Below are positions 18,201 to 28,044 of a stretch of DNA of 64,000 nucleotides, piece by piece; positions within the stretch are counted from its first letter, which is position 1, and every line of letters begins with the position of its first letter. The stretch is from Candidatus Kaiserbacteria bacterium (GTDB lineage Bacteria > Patescibacteriota > Minisyncoccia > Phycocordibacterales > Phycocordibacteraceae), in contig JACRFL010000001.1 in NCBI GenBank assembly GCA_016217905.1, forward strand, positions 18,287 through 82,286. The letters are read 5' to 3'. Both the position numbers and the translations under genes were made by a program. Below the pieces are notes generated by a model. It had not been told where the DNA came from. It did not search any database and saw nothing but the letters and a program-made list of their open reading frames with translations.

Positions 18201-19145
18201 ATGGAATACCACATCACACTTCCGAGCAAGCCTCGCATTGTCTCCGAAGAGGGCACGCAGGGCATTTATGAGATCGACTCGCTCTATCCGGGTTACGGTC
18301 ACACGCTCGGGAACAGCCTTCGCCGCATTATCCTTTCCTCGCTCCCCGGGGCGGCGGTGACACAGGTGAAGATCGAGGGCGTTCCGCACGAATTCGCTTC
18401 CATCGACGGCGCGCGCGAGACGGTCATGGAGATCCTCCTTAACCTCAAGCGCGTTCATTTCGTCCTCCATGGCGACGAGCCGCAGACCATTTCGCTTGCC
18501 GCCAAAGGGCCGGGCGCTGTTGCCGCAAAAGATTTCAAGCTTCCGAGCCAGGTCGAGATAAAGAATCCAGAACAGCACATATGCGACCTCTCGGGGAAGG
18601 TGACGCTCGAGCTTGAGGCGACTATAGAGCGCGGCCTCGGCTACGTCTCACGCGAGGTGCTCACCAAAGAAAAAGTCGACATCGGCACCATCGCGCTCGA
18701 CGCGACCTTCACGCCGATTCGTCGCGTGAACTATGAAGTGGAGAATATGCGTGTCGGCGACCGCACCGACTTCAACCGACTCCGCATTCTTATCGAGACC
18801 AACGGGACGATCGCGCCGCGGGAGGCGCTTGAGCGCTCCATCGAGACGATGGTTCACCAGCTGCGCGCGGTCATCGGCTTCCAGGAGGCCGAAACGGCCG
18901 GAGAGGTCCTCGCCACGTCAAAGGCCGCCGGAGGCGCCTCCGACGCGGCCAAGGTGAGGATCGCCGATCTCGGTCTCTCCGCCCGCGTCGCCTCGGCGCT
19001 CGAGAACGCGGGCATCAAGAGCGCAGCCGGTCTCGCGAGAAAGGCCGCGAGCGCGCTGAAGGAGCTCGACGGCATCGGCGAAAAGGCGATCGAAGAGATC
19101 TCCGAAGCGCTCGCCGGACACGGCCTCACGCTCAAAAGCGAGTAA
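18201..19145 (+). CDS. rpoA: DNA-directed RNA polymerase subunit alpha
   Basis: [24 protein letters not shown]. Alpha-CTD HhH [18 protein letters not shown]. Confidence 0.95.
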   Translation: [314 protein letters not shown]

Positions 19146-19150
19146 CCGCC

Positions 19151-19504
19151 ATGGCGTTCACCAAAAAAGCCCGAACATTCGGTCGTCCGAGCAATCAACG
19201 GAGAGCGCTCCTGCGCTCCCTGGCGCGTTCTCTCGTCCTTGAAGAACGCATCTCGACCACCGAAGCGAAGGCGAAGGCTCTCCGTCCGTTCGTGGAACGG
19301 CTGGTGACTTATGCGAAGACGAACACGCTCGCGAGCCGTCGGCTCGCGAAGGCCCGTCTCGGCTCCGACGAGGCGGTGAAGAAGCTCTTTGGCACCATCG
19401 GCCCCCGCTACGCTTCGCGCACCGGCGGCTACACGCGCGTGGTCAAGCGCGCGAAGCGCGGGAGCAACGACGCTCGCACGCTTGCGTATATCGCTTTTGT
19501 TTAG
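19151..19504 (+). CDS. rplQ: ribosomal protein L17
   Basis: RKLGRPSNQRRALLRSL...GGYTRVVK. Confidence 0.95.
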   Translation: MAFTKKARTFGRPSNQRRALLRSLARSLVLEERISTTEAKAKALRPFVERLVTYAKTNTLASRRLAKARLGSDEAVKKLFGTIGPRYASRTGGYTRVVKRAKRGSNDARTLAYIAFV

Positions 19505-19519
19505 TATTCATATCTCATT

Positions 19520-19891
19520 ATGACCAGTAACACGAAGCCCTCTCCGACAATTTATACTATCGACGCGACGGACCGTACCCTCGGCCGCGTGGCGAGCGAG
19601 GCCGCGAGCGCGCTTCTTGGCAAAAAATCAGTCCACTTCGCCAAGAATCAGGCGCTGCCGGTTACGGTCGTCATCGAAAATGCGAGCAAGCTTCATCTGC
19701 CTGCTCGTCGCACGAAGGGCAAGGTCTACACGCGTTACACCGGATATCCCGGCGGATTTCGCAAGACGAGTATGGAAGAAATGATTACGAAAAAGGGCAT
19801 CGCCGAGGTCGTTAAGAAAACGGTCGATGGTATGATCCCGCGCAACAAGCTGCGCAAACCACGCATGAAAAATCTCATTGTGAATGCATAA
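19520..19891 (+). CDS. rplM: ribosomal protein L13
   Basis: TYTIDATDRTLGRVASEAASALLGK...GYPGG. Confidence 0.9.
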   Translation: MTSNTKPSPTIYTIDATDRTLGRVASEAASALLGKKSVHFAKNQALPVTVVIENASKLHLPARRTKGKVYTRYTGYPGGFRKTSMEEMITKKGIAEVVKKTVDGMIPRNKLRKPRMKNLIVNA

Positions 19892-20288
19892 TATGACAAC
19901 GCAATTCATCACCGCCGTCGGACGCCGCAAGACCGCTATCGCGAGCGTACGCATGCAGAAGGCGGACACATCGAGTCTGAAGGTCAACGGCAAAACGCCG
20001 AAGGAATATTTCAAGACCGATCTCCGCGCACTCATCGCAGAAGAGGCCCTCAAAAAGGCCGAGAGTGCCGAACACTACGCCGTGGGCGCACACGTGCAGG
20101 GTGGTGGCATCGCTGCCCAGGCAGACGCCGTGCGCCACGCTATTTCTCGCGCCATCACGAAGGCAGAACCGAGCACACGCGCAGTACTGAAGGCGGCGAA
20201 ATTCCTCAAGCGCGACCCGCGCGCCAAGGAGCGCAAGAAGCCCGGCCTCAAGAAAGCCCGCAAGGCGCCACAGTGGTCAAAGCGCTAA
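19884..20288 (+). CDS. rpsI: ribosomal protein S9
   Basis: GRRKTAIASVRM...GGGIAAQADAVRHAISRAI...KKPGLKKARKAPQWSKR. Confidence 0.95.
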   Translation: MHNMTTQFITAVGRRKTAIASVRMQKADTSSLKVNGKTPKEYFKTDLRALIAEEALKKAESAEHYAVGAHVQGGGIAAQADAVRHAISRAITKAEPSTRAVLKAAKFLKRDPRAKERKKPGLKKARKAPQWSKR

Positions 20289-20316
20289 ATTTGTTGTATT
20301 GTTCCGTCTGGATATG

Positions 20317-20337
20317 GTCTCCCGCAAGGAGACTTTT
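20317..20337 (+). terminator. rho-independent terminator (GTCTCC-CGCAA-GGAGAC plus TTTT) after rpsI
   Basis: Hairpin and U-tract read from the sequence 29 nt after the rpsI stop. Confidence 0.65.
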
Positions 20338-20359
20338 CAGTTCACCGCGAGGAGGACAC

Positions 20360-20677
20360 ATGAAAGTCAGAGACTTATTCAAGGACGAAGTCAATGTGTT
20401 TATCGCTCGGCAACTCGAGATTGCTCTAGAGCGGGCAGTCAAGGAAGGGTTCGTTCTCGCCAATGTACACAAAATCGACAAGGACCTGGTGCCCATAGCA
20501 CTCGAAAGACAAGCGGTGCCCGTTATTGAGGGGATACTGAAGACTTTTATTCCCGAGATATCCGAGAACATTCGAGGGCTGAACGAACGAGATATCTGGG
20601 GAACGTATTGGATAGCGCGATACGACTCACCAAATGTGAAGATTTCCATCTTCCAGTTTTTGTGGCAATTCAAATAA
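20360..20677 (+). CDS. hypothetical small protein (105 aa), own transcription unit, lower GC
   Basis: In-frame ATG at 20360 with a perfect GAGGAGGA RBS. Bounded by terminators at 20317-20337 and 20711-20736. No recognisable family. Confidence 0.5.
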   Translation: MKVRDLFKDEVNVFIARQLEIALERAVKEGFVLANVHKIDKDLVPIALERQAVPVIEGILKTFIPEISENIRGLNERDIWGTYWIARYDSPNVKISIFQFLWQFK

Positions 20678-20710
20678 GATTCTTGCCCCACGTCCCTACC
20701 TTCTTTTAAG

Positions 20711-20736
20711 ACCGCCTCCAGGCGGTTTTCTTTTTG
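20711..20736 (+). terminator. rho-independent terminator (ACCGCC-TCCA-GGCGGT plus TTTCTTTTT)
   Basis: Read from the sequence between the small ORF and grpE. Confidence 0.65.
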
Positions 20737-20768
20737 ACTCCGCCCAACATTTCAGGCATAGTGGAGGG

Positions 20769-21314
20769 ATGGATGAAGGAAAAGATGACGTTGTAATCGA
20801 GCCGGAACACGGCGAGGATATGGGGGAGGGGAAGCCGGAAGAGAAAATCGCTAAAATGCGCGAGGAGTTGAAGAGCTGCCGGCAGGAGAAACAGGAGTAC
20901 ATGGACGGTTGGCAGCGGGCGAAGGCCGATTATGTGAATCTCTTGAAGCGGATTGAAACCGGTGCGAAAGCGTCGGAGTTGAAGGGGAAAGTGGGTGCCG
21001 TCGAGACCCTTTTGCCTGCCTTTGACGCTCTTGAACGTGCGAAGAAGCACTTGGAGGCCCGGCCTCCAAGTAGCGAGGATTTTCTTGCCATCGCGCGGCA
21101 ACTTGAGAGCGCATTTGCCACACTCGGCCTGAAAGAGGTGGGAGAGATCGGCGAGAAATTCGATCCGATGCTCCATGAAGCCCTCGGGCAGGACATGACC
21201 GACGACAGCGAGGCCGACGATACCATCACCGCCGTACTGGAGAGTGGGTGGAAGATTAACGGCTCAATCATCCGCCCGGCGAAGGTTCGTGTCGCACACT
21301 TTGCAAGCGAATAG
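20769..21314 (+). CDS. grpE: nucleotide exchange factor GrpE
   Basis: Coiled-coil N-terminus. GWKINGSIIRPAKVRV C-terminal beta domain. Upstream of dnaK. Confidence 0.9.
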   Translation: MDEGKDDVVIEPEHGEDMGEGKPEEKIAKMREELKSCRQEKQEYMDGWQRAKADYVNLLKRIETGAKASELKGKVGAVETLLPAFDALERAKKHLEARPPSSEDFLAIARQLESAFATLGLKEVGEIGEKFDPMLHEALGQDMTDDSEADDTITAVLESGWKINGSIIRPAKVRVAHFASE

Positions 21315-21352
21315 CAAGAGGAGTAAAATGCATTTCTAACTTTTAAAAACAT

Positions 21353-23260
21353 ATGGCAAAAATTCTCGGCATAGATTTGGGCACCACCAATTCCGCGATG
21401 GCGATCGTCGAGGGCGGCGAGCCGCGCGTTCTCGAGAACGCCGAGGGCGCGCGCACGACCCCCTCCATCGTCGCGGTTGGCAAGACGGGGGAGCGCATCG
21501 TCGGCACTCTCGCGAAGCGCCAGTCGGTGACGAACCCCTTGAACACCATTTTCCAAATCAAGCGCTTTATCGGCCACTCCTTCGACGAGCCGGAGGTGCA
21601 GAAGGACAAGGCCGCGGTGCCGTTTGAGATGCGCAAGGCCGATAACGGCGGCATCGAGGTCAAGATGAGCGACAAATGGTATCGCCCCGAAGAGCTCTCC
21701 GCGATGATACTCGGAAAGTTGAAGGCCGACGCTGAAGCGAAGCTCGGCGAGAAGATCTCGCAGGCGGTCATCACCGTCCCCGCCTATTTCAACGACGACC
21801 AGCGCAGCGCAACCAAGGCCGCTGGCCAGATCGCCGGTCTCGAGGTATTGCGCATCATCAACGAGCCGACGGCAGCTGCGCTCGCATACGGCTTTAACAA
21901 GAAGAAGGATGAAAAGATCGCGGTCTTCGACTTCGGCGGCGGGACCTTCGATATCAGCGTGCTCGAGGTGGGTGGCGACGTGATTGAGGTGAAGTCGACC
22001 GACGGCGACGCGCACCTGGGCGGCAAAGACATCGACCAGAAGATTATCAACTGGCTCGCGGACGAGTTTAAGAAAGAAAGCGGCATCGATGTGCGGGGCG
22101 ACGCGCTCGCGCGTCAGCGCCTCGACGAGGCCGCCGAGAAGGCGAAAATAGAGCTCAGCAGCGCGATGGAGACGGAAATCAACATTCCGTTCCTTACCTC
22201 AGATGCCTCCGGTCCCCGTCATCTTTTAATAAAGATGACTAGGGCGAGGCTCGAGGAGCTCTCGAGCGAATTTATCGAGCGCGCGATGGCTATCACTAAG
22301 CGGGCAATGGAGGCCTCACCCTTCAAGATTCCCGAGATCAACGAGGTGATTCTCGTCGGCGGTCAGACGCGCATGCCGAAAATTCAAGCTGAAGTGGAGA
22401 AGTTCTTCGGTAAGAAGCCCAACATGACCGTGAATCCCGACGAAGTGGTCGCCATCGGCGCGGCTATCCAGGCGGGCATTCTCCAGGGCGACGTGAAGGA
22501 TATCTTGCTCGTCGACGTGATTCCGCTCTCGCTTTCTATCGAGACGATGGGCGGCGTCGCGACCAAACTCATCGAACGCAACACCGCGATACCGACCTCC
22601 CGTTCGCAAACTTTTTCCACTGCCGCCGACAACCAGCCGTCGGTAGAGATTCACATCACCCAGGGTGAGCGCGCGATGAGCGCCGACAACAAGTCCTTGG
22701 GCAAGTTTATGCTCGACGGTATTCCGCCGGCGCCAAGAGGCATGCCGCAGGTGGAAGTGACCTTTGACGTCGACGCTTCCGGCATCCTCACGGTGAAAGC
22801 CAAAGAGAAAACAACCAGCAAGGAGCAAAGTATTCGCATCGAGGGTTCAACCGGTCTTTCCAAAGAAGACATTGAGAAAATGAAAACCGATGCCGAGGCA
22901 CATAGCGCTGACGACGAGAAACGTAAAGAATTTGTGGAGGCGCGCAACATCGCCGATCAAGCAGTCTATGCTGCCGAGAAGGCAATAAAAGAGCACGGAG
23001 AAAAGGCTGGCGCAGAAGTGGTGAAGGAGGTGCAGGATAAAATTGATGCGCTGAAGACCGCGCGAGCGAGTGAAGACTCAGCGCTCATCAAGACCGCGAC
23101 TGAAACGCTCTCAAGCGCACTCTCGAAGATTGGCGAAGCCATGTCCAAAGCCCAGACCCCGCCGGGCAGAGGCGAAGCCGCAGGTCCCGACTCAAGTGGA
23201 GGGACACCACCGCCCGACGCCCCTCCAGCCACCGATGCAGAGTTTAAGGAGAAGGAATAA
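21353..23260 (+). CDS. dnaK: chaperone DnaK (Hsp70)
   Basis: [28 protein letters not shown]. Full-length Hsp70. Confidence 0.97.
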   Translation: MAKILGIDLGTTNSAMAIVEGGEPRVLENAEGARTTPSIVAVGKTGERIVGTLAKRQSVTNPLNTIFQIKRFIGHSFDEPEVQKDKAAVPFEMRKADNGGIEVKMSDKWYRPEELSAMILGKLKADAEAKLGEKISQAVITVPAYFNDDQRSATKAAGQIAGLEVLRIINEPTAAALAYGFNKKKDEKIAVFDFGGGTFDISVLEVGGDVIEVKSTDGDAHLGGKDIDQKIINWLADEFKKESGIDVRGDALARQRLDEAAEKAKIELSSAMETEINIPFLTSDASGPRHLLIKMTRARLEELSSEFIERAMAITKRAMEASPFKIPEINEVILVGGQTRMPKIQAEVEKFFGKKPNMTVNPDEVVAIGAAIQAGILQGDVKDILLVDVIPLSLSIETMGGVATKLIERNTAIPTSRSQTFSTAADNQPSVEIHITQGERAMSADNKSLGKFMLDGIPPAPRGMPQVEVTFDVDASGILTVKAKEKTTSKEQSIRIEGSTGLSKEDIEKMKTDAEAHSADDEKRKEFVEARNIADQAVYAAEKAIKEHGEKAGAEVVKEVQDKIDALKTARASEDSALIKTATETLSSALSKIGEAMSKAQTPPGRGEAAGPDSSGGTPPPDAPPATDAEFKEKE

Positions 23261-24354
23261 TGACGATGACCAAAGATTATTACAACGTGCTGGGCGTCGA
23301 TAAGAAGGCGAGCAAGGACGACATCAAAAAGGCGTTCCGGAAGCTCGCGCACAAATATCACCCCGACAAGGGCGGAACCGACGAGTCGAAGTTCAAAGAG
23401 ATTACCGAAGCATACTCGATTCTGAGCGACGACAAGAAGCGCCGCGAATACGATACCTACGGGCAGGCATTTCAGGGAGGAGCTGGTGCAGGAGCAGGAG
23501 CACACGGCAGCCCGTTTGGAGGGTTCGATTTCAGTCAGTTCCAACAGGGCTTCGAGCAAGGCGGCGTCGATTTCGACTTCGGCGATATTTTTGGCGACAT
23601 ATTCGGCGGCGGCCGTACTCGTGAGCGCACACCGAGAGGTCGCGATATCTCTATCGACCTCGAGATACCGTTTAAAGACGCGGCGTTTGGCACTACGCGC
23701 ACGGTGCTTATCGCCAAGGTCTCTACCTGTAGTCTCTGTCGCGGCACGGGCGCCAAACACGGCACCGAGCTGGAGAAATGCGCGACCTGCAGCGGCAGCG
23801 GTCGTATACACGAAACGCGCAATTCTATCCTCGGCCAGTTTACGAGCGTGCGTGCTTGTACGGCTTGCGACGGTAGCGGGAAAATACCGAGGGAGAAGTG
23901 TGCGGAGTGCAAGGGCCACGGCGTCCATCGCAAGCAAGAAGAGGTCAAGATCTCTATCCCTGCGGGCATCGACAATGGCGAGATGATACGACTGCCCGGG
24001 CAGGGAGAGGCGATCAAGGCCGGTACCGCGGGCGACTTATATGCGAAGATACATGTGAAGCCGCACGCGGCCTTTCGCCGCGAAGGGTTTAACCTCATCA
24101 TGAATCTGCCGGTGAAGCTGACCGACGCGCTGCTTGGTACAACCGTTTCTATAGAATCTCTGGAAGGGAAGACGCTGGAAGTAAAAATCCCGCCGATGAA
24201 ACGCGCGGAGGAGCTGCTCCGGGTCGCGGACAAGGGCATCCCGGGCGACGGCGGCCGCGGCGACCTCATCATCCGCCTCGAGGTCGCGCTCCCGCACAAG
24301 CTCTCTGGCAAAGCGAAGAAATCAGTCGAAGACTTGAAAAGCGAGGGGCTCTAG
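23260..24354 (+). CDS. dnaJ: chaperone DnaJ
   Basis: J-domain HPD (KYHPDK). Gly/Phe-rich linker. Four CxxCxGxG zinc-finger repeats. Confidence 0.95.
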   Translation: MTMTKDYYNVLGVDKKASKDDIKKAFRKLAHKYHPDKGGTDESKFKEITEAYSILSDDKKRREYDTYGQAFQGGAGAGAGAHGSPFGGFDFSQFQQGFEQGGVDFDFGDIFGDIFGGGRTRERTPRGRDISIDLEIPFKDAAFGTTRTVLIAKVSTCSLCRGTGAKHGTELEKCATCSGSGRIHETRNSILGQFTSVRACTACDGSGKIPREKCAECKGHGVHRKQEEVKISIPAGIDNGEMIRLPGQGEAIKAGTAGDLYAKIHVKPHAAFRREGFNLIMNLPVKLTDALLGTTVSIESLEGKTLEVKIPPMKRAEELLRVADKGIPGDGGRGDLIIRLEVALPHKLSGKAKKSVEDLKSEGL

Positions 24355-24460
24355 TTCGTGTCGCCGGCGAAAAACTCTGGACAATCGCCGTATTGTCTGT
24401 AAAGTGGATTGCGGATGAACGCGCAGCCCGTGCGTTCCGTGGCTAGGGAAGGGGACGGCC

Positions 24461-24883
24461 ATGAGCGAACTGCTCGACGTATTTAGGCTTATATTTCCTG
24501 GTGTCAGCCTTGGGGGAGAATTTCTGACGAAGGACCTAAGGGAGGCCTTCATCGTTCCTCTTCTTGAAGAGGGCGAAAAGCGCGGGAAATTACTCTGGAG
24601 CGCGGAACTCTCCGTCCGGATTGTGGACCTTGCCTTCTACCAGGCCCAAGGAACCGTAACGTTCGGCGGCGAGATCTTCGGGATATGCGTGGAGGTCCAT
24701 CCTCCGACACACGCGCAGCTTCGGGAACTCCTGGGGCCTCCCGCGAATGTCACTCACCCCGACGAGCTGTTCGGGGACTTTCGAAAGAAACCTCCGATTC
24801 CGTGGATTTTCACGGGCGTGGCGGGCGAGCCGTACACGAAAGGAATCATCGTGGTTATGCGGCCCGCAGAACGACACAACTAG
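24461..24883 (+). CDS. hypothetical protein
   Basis: 140-aa ORF in an intergenic gap with genome-typical codon bias. No recognisable motif. Confidence 0.4.
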   Translation: MSELLDVFRLIFPGVSLGGEFLTKDLREAFIVPLLEEGEKRGKLLWSAELSVRIVDLAFYQAQGTVTFGGEIFGICVEVHPPTHAQLRELLGPPANVTHPDELFGDFRKKPPIPWIFTGVAGEPYTKGIIVVMRPAERHN

Positions 24884-24925
24884 CGGCGGCATCCCCTTTG
24901 GGATGTCGCCGCTTCTCTAATTCGG

Positions 24926-25471
24926 ATGTATACTTCTCGCATGATCGCCACCACGACCACCGACGCGATAGCCCAAGTGAACGCGCTTGCGACGCATACT
25001 GCGCTTACCGTCTGGAACGGCGCGAGCGATTTTCTTATTGTTCTCATATTATTCGCTACTTTTTTCCTCTTCGCGTGGTACATCGGGCGCGCCACGCTCG
25101 TCTCCGTGCTCCTCGCGTTCTATGCCGCGTACGCAATCTACGTCGTGTTTCCTTATGCCAACTATCTGCCCACCGCGCCGGCCCTGACCGCACTCCTCGC
25201 GCATATCGGTCTCTACCTCGGACTATCGCTCGTGTTCTATATCATCCTGCGCCGTGTAGTTGTCTCCGACTTCCTCTACGTCGGTATAGTCGGGACGATC
25301 GTACTCTCGCTTCTCGGTGCGACGTTTCTTATCGCGCTTGCGTACCACGTATTTCCCGTCGCCGAGGTCTACCGCTTCACTCCCGCTATCGACCTGCTTT
25401 TCGCGGCAAAACAGTATTTCTTCTGGTGGTTCGCCGCCCCCGCCATCGGCCTCTTCTTCCTCGCCCGATAG
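24926..25471 (+). CDS. hypothetical integral membrane protein (4-5 TM)
   Basis: Multiple hydrophobic helices (FLIVLILFATFFLFAWYI, LVSVLLAFYAAYAIYVVF, IVGTIVLSLLGATFLIALA). Start may be M6 at 24941. Confidence 0.5.
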   Translation: MYTSRMIATTTTDAIAQVNALATHTALTVWNGASDFLIVLILFATFFLFAWYIGRATLVSVLLAFYAAYAIYVVFPYANYLPTAPALTALLAHIGLYLGLSLVFYIILRRVVVSDFLYVGIVGTIVLSLLGATFLIALAYHVFPVAEVYRFTPAIDLLFAAKQYFFWWFAAPAIGLFFLAR

Positions 25472-25510
25472 CACTTCGATCTTGCTCAGTACAGGTGGTA
25501 TAGTTTTCGC

Positions 25511-26764
25511 ATGACTTTAGCCGACGAACTGAAAGCCCGCGGACTTATAGAGCTTTCATCCGCGCCGCCGGAAGTTATACTCGCTGCGCCGCGCACGGCC
25601 TATCTCGGCATCGACCCTACCTCCGACTCGATGCAGGTCGGAAACCTTGCCGTCGTGCTCCTTATGAAGCGGCTCGGAGAGGCGAGCCACAAGCTCGTCT
25701 TCCTCGTCGGGGGCGCGACCGGCGCGATCGGCGACCCGAAGGAGAGGGGCGAGCGCACGCTTCTCGACGAGAAGGTTGTCGCCGCCAACACCCGCGCGCT
25801 CAAGGCACAGTTGAAAAAAATCCTCGGCAACACATCTTTCAAAATGGTCGATAATGCCGACTGGCTCACGAGCGTGAAGCTGCTGCCGTTTCTGCGCGAC
25901 GTCGGCAAGCACTTCACGGTAAATGACCTGATAAAGCGTGAGATCATCAAGAAGCGCCTCGATACGCCGGACGAAAGCATTTCGTATACCGAGTTCACCT
26001 ATGCGCTCCTTCAAGGGTTCGACTACCTCACGCTCCATGAGAAGTACGGCGTCGATCTCCAGATCGGCGGCTCCGACCAGTGGACGAATATCCTCTCGGG
26101 CGTCGACCTCGTCCGCAAACGCCTGGGGAAACAGGTGTACGCGCTCGGCATGCCGCTTGTCACTGACGCCGCCGGCAAGAAGTTCGGCAAAAGCGAGGGC
26201 AATGCAATCTGGCTCGACGCGAAGAAGACCTCGCCTTTCCGTTTCTACCAATTTTGGATAAATCTTCCGGACGAGGGTATCGAGAATTATCTGAAGGTGT
26301 ACACCCTCCTGCCGCTCACCGATATCAGCGCGCTCATGGAGCTTCATCGGCGCAACCCCGGCGAGCGCCAAGCGCAAGAGACGCTCGCGCGGCTCGTGAC
26401 CGAGATCGTGCACGGCCCGGCTGCAACCGCGCAAGCGGCCGCTACCAGCGATGCGCTCTTCGGCAATACGCCCTTCAGCGAGCTCTCCCGCGAGGCGCTC
26501 GCGGTCGCTCTCGCCGAGGCGCCCTCGGTTGTTCTTACGAAAAAAAATGTCGCCGACGGCTCGCCGCTCGCTGAGGCGCTCGTAAAAGGCGGTCTCACGT
26601 CCTCAAGGAGCGATGCGCGCCGCTTGATAGAAGGGAAGGGCATCACGCTCTCCGGGCAGACGATTGAAAATCCAGACCAGAAAATATTTCCTGGCGACCT
26701 TTCAAGCGGCTATGCGCTGGTGCGCAAAGGTAAACAGGGCGTCCTCGTCCTCGTTTTGAAATAA
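25511..26764 (+). CDS. tyrS: tyrosyl-tRNA synthetase (HIGH motif replaced by QVGN)
   Basis: Collinear with bacterial TyrRS: GIDPTSDSMQVGNL, GGATGAIGDP, KFGKSEGNAIWLD (KMSKS region), C-terminal S4-like domain. Confidence 0.9.
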   Translation: MTLADELKARGLIELSSAPPEVILAAPRTAYLGIDPTSDSMQVGNLAVVLLMKRLGEASHKLVFLVGGATGAIGDPKERGERTLLDEKVVAANTRALKAQLKKILGNTSFKMVDNADWLTSVKLLPFLRDVGKHFTVNDLIKREIIKKRLDTPDESISYTEFTYALLQGFDYLTLHEKYGVDLQIGGSDQWTNILSGVDLVRKRLGKQVYALGMPLVTDAAGKKFGKSEGNAIWLDAKKTSPFRFYQFWINLPDEGIENYLKVYTLLPLTDISALMELHRRNPGERQAQETLARLVTEIVHGPAATAQAAATSDALFGNTPFSELSREALAVALAEAPSVVLTKKNVADGSPLAEALVKGGLTSSRSDARRLIEGKGITLSGQTIENPDQKIFPGDLSSGYALVRKGKQGVLVLVLK

Positions 26765-26793
26765 GGAGGAGAATCCGCTATACTGACACCATC

Positions 26794-26877
26794 GCGTCGG
26801 TGGCGGAGTGGTCAATCGCAACAGGCTGTAAACCTGTCGGGCATAGCCCTACGAAGGTTCGAATCCTTCCCGGCGCA
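26794..26877 (+). tRNA. tRNA-Tyr (anticodon GTA), type II with long variable arm
   Basis: Manually folded. 7-bp acceptor with one G-U. 3-bp D-stem. Anticodon stem ACAGG/CCTGT with loop CTGTAAA (GUA). Variable arm GGGC-ATA-GCCC. T-arm GAAGG-TTCGAAT-CCTTC. CCA not encoded. Confidence 0.85.
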
Positions 26878-26934
26878 CAAAATGAAGTGGCTCGTAGCGA
26901 AAGCTGCGGGCTACTATCATTTTGTGCGCCGGGG
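26869..26934 (+). repeat. 17-bp perfect inverted repeat (CCCGGCGCACAAAATGA / TCATTTTGTGCGCCGGG) pairing the tRNA-Tyr 3' end plus 8 nt of flank with downstream sequence; 32-nt spacer containing a GAAA-tetraloop mini-hairpin
   Basis: Read directly from the sequence. Arm A 26869-26885, arm B 26918-26934. Confidence 0.7.
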
Positions 26935-26973
26935 CACGCATCCTAAGCGTACCAAGCATGCTATTGTGTCTTC

Positions 26974-28032
26974 GTGAATGCTTTGTATCAACGCATAATA
27001 AAACCCGTCTTGTTCAAGTTCGATCCCGAGGCGGTGCACGATGTATTCGTCTCGCTCGGCGAGTTTGCGGGGCGGTTTACGCTTTTGCGGCGCATCTTCG
27101 GATTCTTCTACGATTATCGCGGTGTGGACATCAGCAAGGTAGTCGACGGCATCGCCTATCGCACGCCGGTCTTGCTCTCGGCGGGATTCGATTACAATGG
27201 CCGCCTCACCCGGATACTGCCCGCGCTCGCATTCGGCGGCGAGGAGATCGGCTCGGTAACTGCACACTCGTGCGAGGGCAATCCACGCCCACGACTCACG
27301 CGGCTCATTCGCAATAAGAGCATCGTAGTCTACAAGGGGCTCCGTAATCGCGGCGTCGATGCGCTTATAGCGCGTCTCGCGCACACGCCGCGCGTACCGG
27401 GCTTCGTACTCGGCATTTCAATAGCGCGCACCAATGAAGAGGCCGCCGCGACCGATGCCACGGCGGGCATACACGATTATGTCGAGTCATTCAAGAAGCT
27501 CACGACCGCGGGCATCGGCGACTACTACACTATCAATATCTCGTGTCCGAATGCCTACACCGGCGAGACCTTCGCCGATCCCAAGCTTCTCACCGAGCTC
27601 CTGCCGCGCCTCCGCGAAGTTCCTTGCGACAAACCGCTCTATCTCAAGATGCCGATCAGTGTCCCGTGGGAGCAATTCGCCGCTATTCTCGACATCGCAG
27701 ACACAAATGGCGTGCACGGCATCGTAATCGGCAATCTCAATAAGAACTACCGCGACCTCGCGTATCCTGAAGACACGTCTGGAGAATTCCGTGGCGGCCT
27801 CTCGGGCGCGCCCTGCTTCGCGCTCTCTAACGAGCTCATTCGCAAGACGCGGGCGCACTCAGGCAAGCGCTTTACGATCATCGGTGTCGGCGGCATCTTC
27901 ACCCCCGACGATGCGATGGCAAAATTCGCGGCGGGCGCCGACCTCGTTCAGCTGATCACCGGCATGATTTTCGAGGGTCCCGGGCTTATGAAGCAGATCT
28001 GCGAACGATATGCCGAAGAGACCGCTTCGTGA
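26974..28032 (+). CDS. pyrD: dihydroorotate dehydrogenase (quinone), class 2
   Basis: N-terminal amphipathic extension. LSAGFDYNG. GGLSG. TIIGVGGI. Overall DHODH-2 architecture. Confidence 0.8.
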   Translation: MNALYQRIIKPVLFKFDPEAVHDVFVSLGEFAGRFTLLRRIFGFFYDYRGVDISKVVDGIAYRTPVLLSAGFDYNGRLTRILPALAFGGEEIGSVTAHSCEGNPRPRLTRLIRNKSIVVYKGLRNRGVDALIARLAHTPRVPGFVLGISIARTNEEAAATDATAGIHDYVESFKKLTTAGIGDYYTINISCPNAYTGETFADPKLLTELLPRLREVPCDKPLYLKMPISVPWEQFAAILDIADTNGVHGIVIGNLNKNYRDLAYPEDTSGEFRGGLSGAPCFALSNELIRKTRAHSGKRFTIIGVGGIFTPDDAMAKFAAGADLVQLITGMIFEGPGLMKQICERYAEETAS

Positions 28033-28044
28033 TATCGTAATCCT

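Noticed and set aside
20678-21352. Looked for a CIRCE (HrcA) or HAIR (HspR) element upstream of grpE and dnaK.
   Set aside because: No TTAGCACTC-N9-GAGTGCTAA-like or CTTGAGT-N7-ACTCAAG-like inverted repeat is present. Only a terminator hairpin was seen.
23450-23620. Gly-rich periodic sequence in dnaJ and GFGLGFGL in ftsW (35326-35350) as possible CRISPR-like or tandem repeats.
   Set aside because: They are coding low-complexity segments: the DnaJ G/F linker and a TM helix. No repeat-spacer architecture is present anywhere in the window.
26881-26940. Second tRNA on the minus strand, suggested by the inverted copy of the tRNA-Tyr 3' end.
   Set aside because: The reverse complement lacks D-arm, anticodon-arm and T-arm features. 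Only the 17-nt arm matches.
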